This document shows positions 10,781-21,597 of a stretch of DNA of 64,000 bases, one piece after another. The notes under the pieces were generated by a model. The model saw nothing but the letters and a program-made list of their open reading frames with translations. It was not told the origin of the DNA and searched no databases. Source of the DNA: Rhynchopus sp. YZ270_cl-10 (Eukaryota); contig OZ037842.1 of the NCBI GenBank assembly GCA_964035575.1, forward strand, positions 186,001 to 250,000. The letters are read 5' to 3'. Both the position numbers and the translations under genes were made by a program. Numbering within the stretch: the stretch's first letter is position 1; each line of letters opens with the position of its first letter.

Positions 10781-13267
10781 ATCTGTGCAGGTCACAGCAG
10801 CGTTGACCACCTCGTACACCACATGCCAACAAATTGCCGGTTCAGGCTCGGGCTCTGCCCTGTTGACTCGCCGTGAGGAGGAGGATCGCTGTTGCTTTCT
10901 TTTCCTGCGCTGAGTGATATGCCATGGTATATTGGGGGTCTGACGTTGACGATACCAAACATCAAGTGGCAGTCATGAGCAGAGCAAAATAAGAGGTTCT
11001 ATGCGATGCATTCAAGAGGGGGTACGCAATCAGTTCTTTGCAATGCGGTCAGAGGGAAGGGAAGGGAAGGGATAAAGAGGAAAGTAGAGGGGATGGAGGG
11101 GAGGGAGAAGTAAATTTTTCTTCGATTCTACACAGCGGGGGGATGAGGGATGAGGAGAGAGGGGGAAACCAAATACAAAAAAAAGGAGATAAAAAAAACT
11201 TGTGAGAGGAATATGCCTCTTGTGCACACACATTGTAGACAAAAGAGAGAATGGGTGTGTAAGATGCTGCCTTGCATAGTCATCTACATAAAGTTGACAA
11301 AAAAAAAGCCAGTAACTAGCGAATGATGCTTGAGTAAAAAAAAAACAAAACAAAAAAAGAACGAGTCCTGCACTACGCTAAATAAAAACAAAATAAAAGT
11401 CCCAAGAGAACATACCCCACCCCCCAAATCACACAGCGCTTACCTACTGATCCCCTTCCCAACCCACATCCCCTCCCTCCCCCCCTCCAAAAAAGCGTGT
11501 TCTTAGCGTGAGGACATCGTCCCTACCCCACCCACCCCCCCACACCATCCTCGTTCCCAGTCCTCTTGCTTTGTTGTTCCGAGAGGAGGCATTAAAAACA
11601 ACCAGAAAAAAAGGGTATTTAACCTGACAACGCAGCTGAGGGTAGCAAAAGAAGAAAGAAAGAAATTAGTTAGAAATGAAGAGAGCCATGTTTTTGTGCG
11701 AAGAAAAAGAACGTTCTCGAGAGGGGGGGAAAAAACGTAAAAAAAGCGTTCCTCTCGTTGTGGGGGAGGGTATTTTTTTTTTACATAGCCGACTGCTGAG
11801 ATAGTACTGAGCGGTCAGCATACACGCCTACAGGGAAGGATAGGAAGAATAATAAAGAAGCAGGTTTATTGAATATCTTGATTGTATCAGAAAGGACACC
11901 GTTGTATATAATCCGCATGTGTCCAGAAAAGAAAGAAAAAAGAGAGGGTAGCTGGACTCTGGCCGGCTAGGCAGGATTCCATGGAGTGGTCTAGCAAACT
12001 ACAAGAGAAACTAAAGTTGACTTGAAATAGAATAGCCCTCTCGCGACAGGGTACCTTACCGAAAAAGTGCTAAAAGTATTTCAACATGTGCAATCACTAA
12101 ATTGGTAGCATATGTTGAAATATGCATAAAAGTGCAAAACAAACGCATCCAAACCTGTTTACATCCAGTGCAACCTACCTGTATGTCGTGCGTCACTATG
12201 GGTTTGCGTTTTAACGCAATGAGTTAGAGTTAACGCTTATTTTGCTGAGAGAGTTGCAGTGATGACCGAACCAAAAAAACTAACCGTAAAATAAGCAGGT
12301 AACATTTCGCTGACAAAATAGCCTCCCGAAAACATAAAATTCGGATACATTTGGTCGAGGCTCCTTTTTTTGAAAATGCGTTGGACAAAAAAAAAAAAAA
12401 AACGTTTGAAAAAAAAGGGGGCGCGAAGGGGAGTTCAAAACAGTCTCTTGACGAGAACGGAGAGCAAAAAAACAAAGGAGAAAATTTTGTAAAAAGGAAC
12501 ACAATGAACCTAAAGCCTCGATGTTGCCTTAAAAACCAAAAATCGTTGCTTTTTTTTGCAGCACCATACACACTCCAGAGGGGGCAATACTAATTCACCC
12601 ATAAGATCCTCTGAGGGAGCCTGGTATGGAGCGATAGCACACAGACTTGATCTGGTGCAAGCTCGCAGGAGTATCTGCCCTATCAGCTTTTGACGGTAGT
12701 GTAGTGGACTACCGTGTGGCCAAGCTCCTGGTACGAGTGAGGATGGTGAACCTAAAGTCCTGCCACAAATAAAGTTGACCCTAAATGCAAAGCATTTAGG
12801 GTCAACTTTACAAAAGATACTACCGTTTTGCCATTGCACTCCTGATACAAAAAAGAGTTAGAGAGTTAGAGTGTAATCAAAAAAAAAAAAAGGAGTTGAA
12901 AGCTGATACAAAGGGCTCAGCCGCTCTGGTCTGTGACCATACAATAAAAATTGACTTGAAATACAAATACCCCCCTCTCTGTACCTTTGGTACATATAGG
13001 TGGACTCTAATCAGGCGACCCATTTCGAGGTTGGCATCTGACCAAAAAAGCACAAAAAATCACAAAAAAAACCCCCCCAAAACAAAAAAGCAATAACAAC
13101 AATACTATGATTCGCATAAATCCTATGGCGAGTCTCCCTCCCCCCCCTCCCTCCCCTCTCATGCATGCACACCTTTTGGTGTGTATTCGTTATTTAGACG
13201 TCTCTCCCCCTCCTCTTTCTCTCTTTATTTTTTCGTTTAGTTCTCTTTTTTTTATTCTTGTAGCTTT

Positions 13268-14422
13268 TCACCAACTTCCAGAAGTGGATGGAAGTGCGAG
13301 GAGTGGGTTTAACGTTAGGGTGTAGTTGACATAGCTGGAGAAGATTGCGAGAATGAAGATCCACGACCAACCGTACACGGCGAGGAAAATGAGCCACTCG
13401 TGTGCAACGCCTGTGAGGAGAGCCAGGATGAGGTAGGTAAACTGTGCGTCACTGCAGGTGAAGGCCCAGAGATAGTACATGGCTTGGACGGGGACCGAGC
13501 GTTCAAGGAGGTGCACCTGGGGGTCGGTGCTGTTGTCGAAGTGGTTCTGCATTTTAAGCATAAAGGTCTCCCATGTGGCGCCGGTCAGACAGATCATCGC
13601 AACCCCAAAGAAAACCAAAACCCGCGACACAGTGACCGCAGAGTAGTTCTTCTGCAGCATCTTCTCCACAATCTGCTTGATCCCCGGAAGCGGATGGCGG
13701 TCCAGCTTCGCCTTCACCTTATAAAAGGCAAACCACACTGAAATCATGTATATCGTCACCCCAGTCATATCGGTGATAACGTCTAACGTATGGCCGTTGA
13801 AGCCTCCTTCTAATCCGGTTGAAATCTTTTTACCAGCACGTTGTGCTCGCGCCACGACTCCGTCCATAGTATCGAGGGTGTTGCGTACTTGAAAGAGAAT
13901 TGCTGCGACGCGCACGTAGAAGAGGTTGAGGGACGTGGTTGGGGTGGAGGGGAAAGAGTTTTTGAGGTCCGCGCTTTCGACGTCGCCATGCGGGGAGCTG
14001 TTCTGCTGTGCGGTCGACGCGCTTTTGATCATAAAGAACGCTGCAGTGATCCCACAGACAGGGTGCACCAGGGAGATCAGATTCGCACTCATCCACCAAA
14101 AATCCTTCATACCCAAATCAAACGTCAAGAACCGACACACCGGGTAGTCGAAGTAGTACAGCATAGGGTTCAACATGCGATATTTCGTTGGCTGCCGGGT
14201 GTATTTAGTGGAGGAGCTTTCGCCTCCGCTTGCTGGGTCGTTTGCGGTGATGTGCGTCACCCACTGTATCGCGTCCTGGTCCTGGTCAACGTAGAGAACC
14301 TTCCCATAGATAAACGCAAACGTCAAAACCAGCCCCACAGCAACAGCAGCGGCCCGGTGCTCCTGCACCCACCGTTTGGTCATGTCTGTCAGGCGCATTC
14401 CTCCTCCCGTTCCTCCTCCCAT
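13268..14422 (-). CDS. CDP-alcohol phosphotransferase, ceramide phosphoethanolamine synthase-like (384 aa)
   Basis: Motif DTMDGVVAR...GHTLDVITD (DxxDGxxAR...GxxxDxxxD), upstream ANLIS motif and multiple transmembrane segments. Confidence 0.8.
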   Translation of the reverse strand: MGGGTGGGMRLTDMTKRWVQEHRAAAVAVGLVLTFAFIYGKVLYVDQDQDAIQWVTHITANDPASGGESSSTKYTRQPTKYRMLNPMLYYFDYPVCRFLTFDLGMKDFWWMSANLISLVHPVCGITAAFFMIKSASTAQQNSSPHGDVESADLKNSFPSTPTTSLNLFYVRVAAILFQVRNTLDTMDGVVARAQRAGKKISTGLEGGFNGHTLDVITDMTGVTIYMISVWFAFYKVKAKLDRHPLPGIKQIVEKMLQKNYSAVTVSRVLVFFGVAMICLTGATWETFMLKMQNHFDNSTDPQVHLLERSVPVQAMYYLWAFTCSDAQFTYLILALLTGVAHEWLIFLAVYGWSWIFILAIFSSYVNYTLTLNPLLALPSTSGSW

Positions 14423-14710
14423 TCCTTTCCCTAATGAAAAATGAAAAATGGGGTAGAATTCGTGTGTTGAGGTGGGGGTGCTGTAAGGTGGAGGGGAAGT
14501 GTATGGTAGAGAGAGTGAGTCAAAAAAAAGTCCTCAAATTGCTCAGAAGGGAAAGAAGGGAAAGAAGTTCGTCTTTTTTTTGAATTTTTTTTAATTTTGT
14601 GTAGCGCAACAGAATATATCCACTGCTCCAGATTGCTTTTTTAAAATTTCGGTTCTGCGCTCGCGATGTCTTCCCGCGGGTTTTTTTATCACAAAATATT
14701 GTACATTTTT

Positions 14711-15919
14711 CTACATTCTGGCAAAGATTTCACCCGATTTGACCACTGTCCAAGAATCTGCCTTTCTTGGTTTAATGTAAAGGCATTTCGTTGAGGAGTC
14801 GTACAGAATTTGGTAAATAGTGTTTATCCACACGGAACCCCCTGAGGCGATGTTTGTTTCCATGATGCCCTGGAGCGCTGTAATATCGAGGCTAGATTTG
14901 GGCGTTTTTTCTAATAAGGCTAGCATATTGTTCCGCCGGGTTACTCCAAGCCAGGAGTTGATGTCGTTGGGTTGCGGGATGAGGGGGCCCCATGTGGTGT
15001 TCAGGAAATAGTTGGTGACAACAAAGTTTTCGCCCGGTGGAGGTGTGTCGGGGCGCATGCCTAGCGTCGTGTTGGTGGAAAATTCATAGGAGGTTACTGT
15101 AGTGGCGTCACCTACGTTAACAATTAATGAAAAGTCGACCTTTTTTAAGTTATGCAAATACTGTGAAACCGACGCCAGACTGTCCCCATAACGCTGTAGT
15201 GAGGTCATCATATCTGAGAGAAGAGATGTAGCAGAATAATCCACAACAAACCCACCGGAGGGCATTCCATTGTTCATTTCCATAAAGAGTCCGTTCGCAT
15301 TGAGGCACGAAGGGCAATAAATCTGCCCCGGCATTGTTATCAACGCTACCGGCGTATGCACAACGTTTCCTTCAACCTCTTTGAGAAAGGCAACAACGAG
15401 ATGTTCAGAGATCTGGTCAAATGGCTTGCCGTAATCATAGTTTCGAGCGAAGAGGGAGGTCCCAGAAGGGGTCTTGGTGGTGAATCCAAAAAGGCATTGT
15501 CCGAGAGCGTCGTCGGTGCTGAGCTCACCGAGGGTTTCCATGGCGTGGAGGGTCTTTGCGTTGTCAAAGCTGATGTTCGCACCTTGCGCCATGCCTTTCA
15601 CAAAGCTTTGAATATTGGAGGGAAAGCGGGTAAAGAATTTATCAGCCTGCTGTGCGATCTGGGCCTCACTGAATCCTTTTTGGTCGCGATAATATTCAAG
15701 AAGGATTTGTAGTGTCGCTGCAAGGTCTTTTTTCAGTAACGTGCCATATTGTACGCCCATTTCACTCATTGTGCCCTCCAGTACGACGACGGAGACGTTG
15801 GTTGTCTCAGAAGAGAATCGTTTGTCATGAACCACTGCAGAGGCAGCATGCTGGAGCAATGCAAACAACAGCAACATAGGTACCAAAAGTGACGCATAAA
15901 CTACCTTTAAGAGAGACAT
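14711..15919 (-). CDS. Secreted peptidase C45 / acyl-CoA:6-APA acyltransferase-like Ntn-hydrolase (402 aa)
   Basis: Hydrophobic signal peptide, LEGTMSEMGVQYG pro-segment, putative nucleophile Cys in GQC followed by ARNYDY, plus LNANGLF and TNYF motifs. Confidence 0.8.
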   Translation of the reverse strand: MSLLKVVYASLLVPMLLLFALLQHAASAVVHDKRFSSETTNVSVVVLEGTMSEMGVQYGTLLKKDLAATLQILLEYYRDQKGFSEAQIAQQADKFFTRFPSNIQSFVKGMAQGANISFDNAKTLHAMETLGELSTDDALGQCLFGFTTKTPSGTSLFARNYDYGKPFDQISEHLVVAFLKEVEGNVVHTPVALITMPGQIYCPSCLNANGLFMEMNNGMPSGGFVVDYSATSLLSDMMTSLQRYGDSLASVSQYLHNLKKVDFSLIVNVGDATTVTSYEFSTNTTLGMRPDTPPPGENFVVTNYFLNTTWGPLIPQPNDINSWLGVTRRNNMLALLEKTPKSSLDITALQGIMETNIASGGSVWINTIYQILYDSSTKCLYIKPRKADSWTVVKSGEIFARM

Positions 15920-17881
15920 TTTGTGTTATGCCCTTCTGTCTTCTGTGGATGTCAGTTTTTTTTAAAAAGGGGAGTGCAGAGTATGGTTGGGGGGAGGGAG
16001 AGAAGGCGGGGAGGAAAGCTGCAAAGTGGAAGAAAAAGTTGACTTTGAAAGAAATGCAAAGCCCTCTCGTAAACAGTGTACCTTAGTGACCGGCTGTACC
16101 GGGGGTGGACAATCTGACCGTGCAGTCCTACATCCATTTCGTGGTTTACATCTGATAAAAAAGGGAGGGGGGGAAACTCGTTTATTTTTCGAACAGACAA
16201 AACGCACAAACGTTTACATACAAACCCCCCTTTTTTAACCACAACAGAAAAATCGTGTGTTCTGGAGCATATTTCTGACAAAAAAAAGGGGGGAAGAGAA
16301 GAAAGAAGGAAAAGATGGATGTATCGCGAATGGGAGACAAAGTACACCTTCGAAAAAATTATTTTCTGACACAATCCTTTCGACGTTTGAAAACCAGATC
16401 GAGAGGAAGACTATACTTGAGGGCATCATGAGTGCCCTCTCGAAATTGGGGATTTTATGGACAAAAAAAAAAAAGAAAAGTTTATAAGATGATCCTAAGC
16501 CTCTCGTGCTTAGTCACCTTAAAAAAAGTGAAGATGCAAAACACCTCTGGGACGCAGGCACTGACGCTCTGTGGGATCGAACCCAGAGTGTGCTGTGCTG
16601 ACTATAAGCAGGCACACAGCCTGTTTGGGTACGCTGGTTCCCATACTCTGTCGCTTCACAGGGGGAAAATACCGTATTCGTAAAAATGTTCGGCCGTTAA
16701 AAAGGTCGAACTTCTAGAAAAATCTTGAAAAGGTCGAACATTATTACGGTCGATAATTTGTACGAATATGGTAGATGGGGAATTTGAACATATTTTTTCC
16801 CGTACACAAAGTGTTTTGGATGCGTTCAACGAAAATACGTACGTTGTCTTCTATTTGTGGGGGGAAAGAAAAGGTGGAATATCATTGCTCTCTCCTCATA
16901 AAGCGCAGCGGCAAATCTCCATCCGCACTGCGCAAAAATGAGAAAAAAATAATTAGATTCATATACGTTCAGTTCACAGAATTGAAAGTATATGAATCAT
17001 AAAAAGAAGAAAAATTTAGATGAACATAAGCCTCTCTCGCTCACCCTTCATCACAATCATTATCAAAATATGTATTTGACAGACCACCCCTGCACACACG
17101 ACAAAAAAAAGAAAATAAACCTCTAGTGATGAAACGCCAGGAACACAAAACAATTCCATTGGTATAAGTAAGAAGAAAAATTTGAAAGAAATGAATAGAC
17201 CTCACTATGCCTAGTACGGAGCAACAAAGCAACAACAGGAGAAGTGAGAGAAAAAAAAAAGGGTAGAAAATGGGGTTTTTTTTTTGACTGACTGCTTTTG
17301 GGGGGAGGGGAAAGTCTCAGGGGACTGACTCGGGATACGGAGAGAACAAAAAAAACGCAATGAGGGGCTCACACAAAAAAGGGGGTAGGTCAGATGAGTC
17401 GAAGCCTCGGGGGCTTGGTCACCTTCCGCAAAAAAGAGAGACACTTCATGAGGTATAAAAAAAATGCGAGGTCTGTACGGTATCAGTTAATCAAAATTAT
17501 TCGAAATAATAATGAAAACCTGGCGTTCGTTTGGGGCTGTTCGAGCACACCCCCGCATGAAGTTTCATCCAGAATTTAAGATGCAACCGATGACAATGCT
17601 GTATGGGTGCCAACGAACCTTTGGTCAATATGCTAGCCTTGGGTGTTGGACACATTGTTCATTTCTACGTTTATTGTACCGCTATTTATTTCACCATGTC
17701 TGGTCCGTAGACAGCGGTGTACAAACCCCAAAGGGTATTTCTCTCCGTTTTTTTATTCACAGACAAAAAAAATTTCTCTAAATTTACCGTAAAAATACTC
17801 AAACTCTATGATCTACACTCCCACTCTTCTACTCCATTTTTACTAAAAATGAACAATAAAAACAACCCCAAAAAAAAAATT

Positions 17882-20236
17882 TCAACTGAATTGGTCGTCC
17901 ACTGCGTTGTCGTCTGTTTTCTTTGTGAGGCGGCTTTTCTTCTTGCCTACTCCGCCTATCATTTTGTAGACAACATCGATGGCTCCGTAGCGCCCACCGA
18001 GGTGGTTGACCATATCGGCGAGGTAGTTCCAGTCGACCACGCTCGTGTAGATCTGGCAGGAGCATCGGATGCAAAGGGTGGGCGTACCGTTGAATGTGGC
18101 GAGGAGGAGGAACGCTGTGATCGGCACGTCGCATTTGCTGAGGTACGCCATCACCTTTGGTGCGTCCAGGGAGGATGCGTTCTCGCCGTTCGGCAGCGGC
18201 AGAATCGGCATGTTTCCGTAGTATTCCTGCGTCTGCTGCACAGGGTCGGTGCCCCACTTCTGCTTCATGATCGCTACGCAGTCCTTTGCCTGTGTCCTGC
18301 AATACCCACGCACCGCACCCCACCCACCACACACCTTATCCACAAACTCAAACGCAGTCCCCACAGACAGCCACGTCGAAAAGTCCAAAGCATAGTGGTA
18401 CGACTCATAGAAGTCCTTCTTATACCCGCACAGCCGGAAGTCGTACACATCGAGTGGGTATGTGATTGCAAACTTTGCGGATTGTGTGCACAAAAATGCG
18501 ACGCCTTGGCAGGAGTACATCCATTTGTGGACAGTCCCGAGGTACCACTCTGCGCCAATGTCTTTGATGTTGATGTCCAAATGCCCTGCCGCCTGCGCAC
18601 CGTCAATGATAACCGGAACACCATAGGAATGGAACACCGCCGTCAGCTCCTTTGCAGGGAATATCCACGCAGTTTTGGACGTCACGTGGCAGAAGTTTGC
18701 AAGCTTGGGGAGGCCTCCGTCTGCCTTCATTTCCGCCAACTTTTTGCGAACAGAGCTGACAATCTCTGCGTGGGTCAGCGGCAGCTGGATGTCATGCTCC
18801 ACAATTTCCACTCCATGAACCTTCTTTAGAAACCCGCAGGCCAGCTTCGTTGCATCATAGTCGACAGAAAGAATGAAGAACCGATCGCCCACCACCCAGG
18901 GCACGCCCTTAAGGATGATGGACGTCGCTTGGTTTGCATTCGTGAGGAGCACCGTTTCCTCTGGGTCTGAGTTGAGGAAGGTGGACAGCTTGTCGACAAC
19001 CTCGTCGAGGCGGCGCTGCAGGCTGTGTGTGTAGAAGGCTGCTGGGTTGCGTTGTATGTATGAGTCCCATTCATCCTTGCCCTCACGCACCACCTTGGGC
19101 ACAGCACCGTACGAGGCAGCGTTGAGAAAATGTGGACACAGTTCAAAATGTGTTAGCCGCATCTTCTCCCCAAAGAACGACGCATGGACCGGCATCGCAT
19201 GTTCATACTGCGACCACTTGATGACAGGGTCGAACCCGTCCCCATGCAGTGTGCGTGTATAAGGCTGCCATTTAGCGTCCACAACAACAGGATTCGTCCC
19301 ATTTAACGCACTCCGAAGCCTGCGGAAGTGGTTCTGTTTGAGGGTAAGCATCTTTGTTTTGTGGACAGTGACCTCTGCTTGGCGTGCCTTCCCTTGGGGG
19401 AGGACGTGAATGTTAACCGATTTGAGCATCTCAAACAGAAGCAGCACAAGAAGCACGCAGACAATCACGAAGTACGCGATGTTCAGATTGTCTGTCAGCT
19501 TGTCGCAGCGGCTTTTCTCGCCTTCTTGAAGGTCGTCCTCCTGCTGGCACGTCGTCTCCGCCAGCAGGAAGACAAGCAGCACGGCAGCACACAAATACAT
19601 CAACATCCGCACCACCTTTTCTGCTCTGTGCATCAAAGGCGGCTCTGGCACCTCGTTCAACGGCATCTTCTCTGCAAGGCCTTCGTTGTCTGGTGGCGGG
19701 ACACCAAGGAGCGGGTCTGTTAGTGGGTTTGGCACATCCCTTTTCCTTTCACTGCGGTCACCTCCCGCACCCCCTCCGGGCTCAACAAACTGAGGCGTGA
19801 ACCCCAACCTCTGATGCTGCGGGCGAAACGACTGCGGGGAGGCAACCACCGGGGCTGGCGGGGGCGGGGCTAGTGTGTGTGCCTCACCACCACCACCACC
19901 ACCACCACCACCACCACCGCCACCTCCTCCTCCTCCCCCCCCTGCCCCCGCTCCTCTCCCTGCAGGTGGCGGTGGCCTCTCTTGGCTGTATTGATGCGCC
20001 GCGCCAGGATGCGACGGTGTCATGAGTCGTCCTCTCGGGACCACAGCAGGGAGGGAGGGTTCCTGCGTGCGGAGAAGCTGGTTGCCGAGCTGTGCGTCAG
20101 GGGTGTGTGCGGGAATGCCTTGACGGAAGTGCATATATTTAGGCGACTGTGACGGAGAGGTCATCCCCACAGGTGAGTACACGACAGCAGCTCCTGGGGG
20201 GCTGCCGTTCGCGGTGTGGTAGCTGGGGGTCATCAT
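17882..20236 (-). CDS. Class-V PLP-dependent enzyme (CefD / Egt2 / cysteine desulfhydrase-like) with disordered N-terminus and two TM helices (784 aa)
   Basis: Motifs HFLNAASYGAVP, CHVTS, IIDGAQAAG and GTVHKW (PLP lysine). N-terminal Pro/Gly-rich region with poly-Gly, then two hydrophobic segments. Confidence 0.85.
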   Translation of the reverse strand: MMTPSYHTANGSPPGAAVVYSPVGMTSPSQSPKYMHFRQGIPAHTPDAQLGNQLLRTQEPSLPAVVPRGRLMTPSHPGAAHQYSQERPPPPAGRGAGAGGGGGGGGGGGGGGGGGGGEAHTLAPPPPAPVVASPQSFRPQHQRLGFTPQFVEPGGGAGGDRSERKRDVPNPLTDPLLGVPPPDNEGLAEKMPLNEVPEPPLMHRAEKVVRMLMYLCAAVLLVFLLAETTCQQEDDLQEGEKSRCDKLTDNLNIAYFVIVCVLLVLLLFEMLKSVNIHVLPQGKARQAEVTVHKTKMLTLKQNHFRRLRSALNGTNPVVVDAKWQPYTRTLHGDGFDPVIKWSQYEHAMPVHASFFGEKMRLTHFELCPHFLNAASYGAVPKVVREGKDEWDSYIQRNPAAFYTHSLQRRLDEVVDKLSTFLNSDPEETVLLTNANQATSIILKGVPWVVGDRFFILSVDYDATKLACGFLKKVHGVEIVEHDIQLPLTHAEIVSSVRKKLAEMKADGGLPKLANFCHVTSKTAWIFPAKELTAVFHSYGVPVIIDGAQAAGHLDINIKDIGAEWYLGTVHKWMYSCQGVAFLCTQSAKFAITYPLDVYDFRLCGYKKDFYESYHYALDFSTWLSVGTAFEFVDKVCGGWGAVRGYCRTQAKDCVAIMKQKWGTDPVQQTQEYYGNMPILPLPNGENASSLDAPKVMAYLSKCDVPITAFLLLATFNGTPTLCIRCSCQIYTSVVDWNYLADMVNHLGGRYGAIDVVYKMIGGVGKKKSRLTKKTDDNAVDDQFS

Positions 20237-21028
20237 CTTCGTTGTCGTCTTTTTTTGCTTGTGGGTGTGTGGGTTGCTTCGTTTCCCTTCTTTATGGCTC
20301 GCTTTTTGCCAGCATCGGTCTTTTTGTGTGCTGTGCTTGCCTGGGGTGTGGGGATGTGGTGGTCCGTGTTATAAAAGAAGCAAATAGCGGGTGGGTACTG
20401 TTTTTTTTTTTTGTGTTGTCATCGGTAACCCGATCGAGCGGCACGTTCACATGTTGTGAATGCAATTTCTGCACTCAAACAAAACACAGTCAAAAAAAAC
20501 GTGTGGTAATGTGGCGGGGCACACACCCTGATGGTATTTTCTGAAAGGAACGTCAAATGTTTAAGATAATATTTTCAATCGAAAGATGGAGTTGACCACC
20601 AGCGTCGTCTCCTCTTTTTTTTGAAAAAGAAATATTTTGTTTTTTGCTAATAAAAAGTAGGGTACAGCCAGTACACCTTTCCCTAATTGTGTAGGATAGA
20701 CCTCGCTGCAGTAGCGGGCAATGGGCTGACTGAAAGTATTTCAACATAATATGATGCAATCAATAAATTGATAGCATAGGTATAGGGATCAACAAACATG
20801 TTCTCAACTTTCTTCTTATTTTGGTATGTTTTGCAAAATGTCAAAGAGAAAAGTAACATGTTTCGTGGATTAGTTTCTGACAATAACCCTGTTTCAGTCC
20901 AGAATCATACAGTTGGGTGGACATCTTCAGTGATTTCCCTTTAGGTGGGTGAATGTCGTGAAACCAAAAAGAGTGTAAAAGTACAAGTGTAAAAAAGTGT
21001 AAAAGTATTTCATATACTTTCTTTTCTA

Positions 21029-21546
21029 CTGGGGGGGGGGCTAATAAAGTATACGGGGGTAATAAAGTATACGGTGCGGAAACCCATTTTGAGCGTGTAA
21101 ATCTGTGAAATAAAGTATACGGTTTTTGTGTACATTTTTCTTACTACAAAAATTTTTCAGCAAGTTTTGCACAAAAAATCGAAATTTTTTTTTTTTGATT
21201 TCGGTGGTCCGGATTCTGTGCGTGCTGTGATGGGGTCACTTTGCGCTGAGAAACGAGTATTTTTGACCTAAAACGCGTGTATCAGTTTTTACACGATTGG
21301 TGCTGATGGGGTTCAGATTTGTGAAAATTTAAGTCACCAAAAAATTGTTCATTTTTCCACATTGACCCCACCACTGGCTGGGATTGGCCCAAAAATGCCA
21401 ATGGTGGTGTTTTCGCGAGGTTTCGGCCACTAGAAACCCCAAAATAACAGTGATTTTTTTTTTTTTTCCCTTTTTCGTTTTTTGGCCATTTAAGCAGTAA
21501 TTCCCGCCGAATAAAGTATACGTATACTTTAATAGCTCCCCCCCAG
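21029..21546. mobile_element. 518-bp MITE with ~26-bp TIRs and TA target-site duplication (Tc1/mariner-like)
   Basis: TA|CTGGGGGGGGGGCTAATAAAGTATACG...CGTATACTTTAATAGCTCCCCCCCAG|TA. The empty site CTTTTCTAAACG is present in the eight sibling repeats. Confidence 0.92.
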
Positions 21547-21597
21547 TAAACGAAAAGAAGGGAAAGAGGGTGCGAAAAATGTACCCTTGCTCATATG

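Noticed and set aside
16560..16655. Intact tRNA gene
   Set aside because: No acceptor stem or D-arm/A-box could be built.
17717..18829. 370-aa plus-strand ORF and similar antisense ORFs (1735-2592, 2842-3801, 61817-63031)
   Set aside because: Overlap well-supported minus-strand genes and lack recognisable features.
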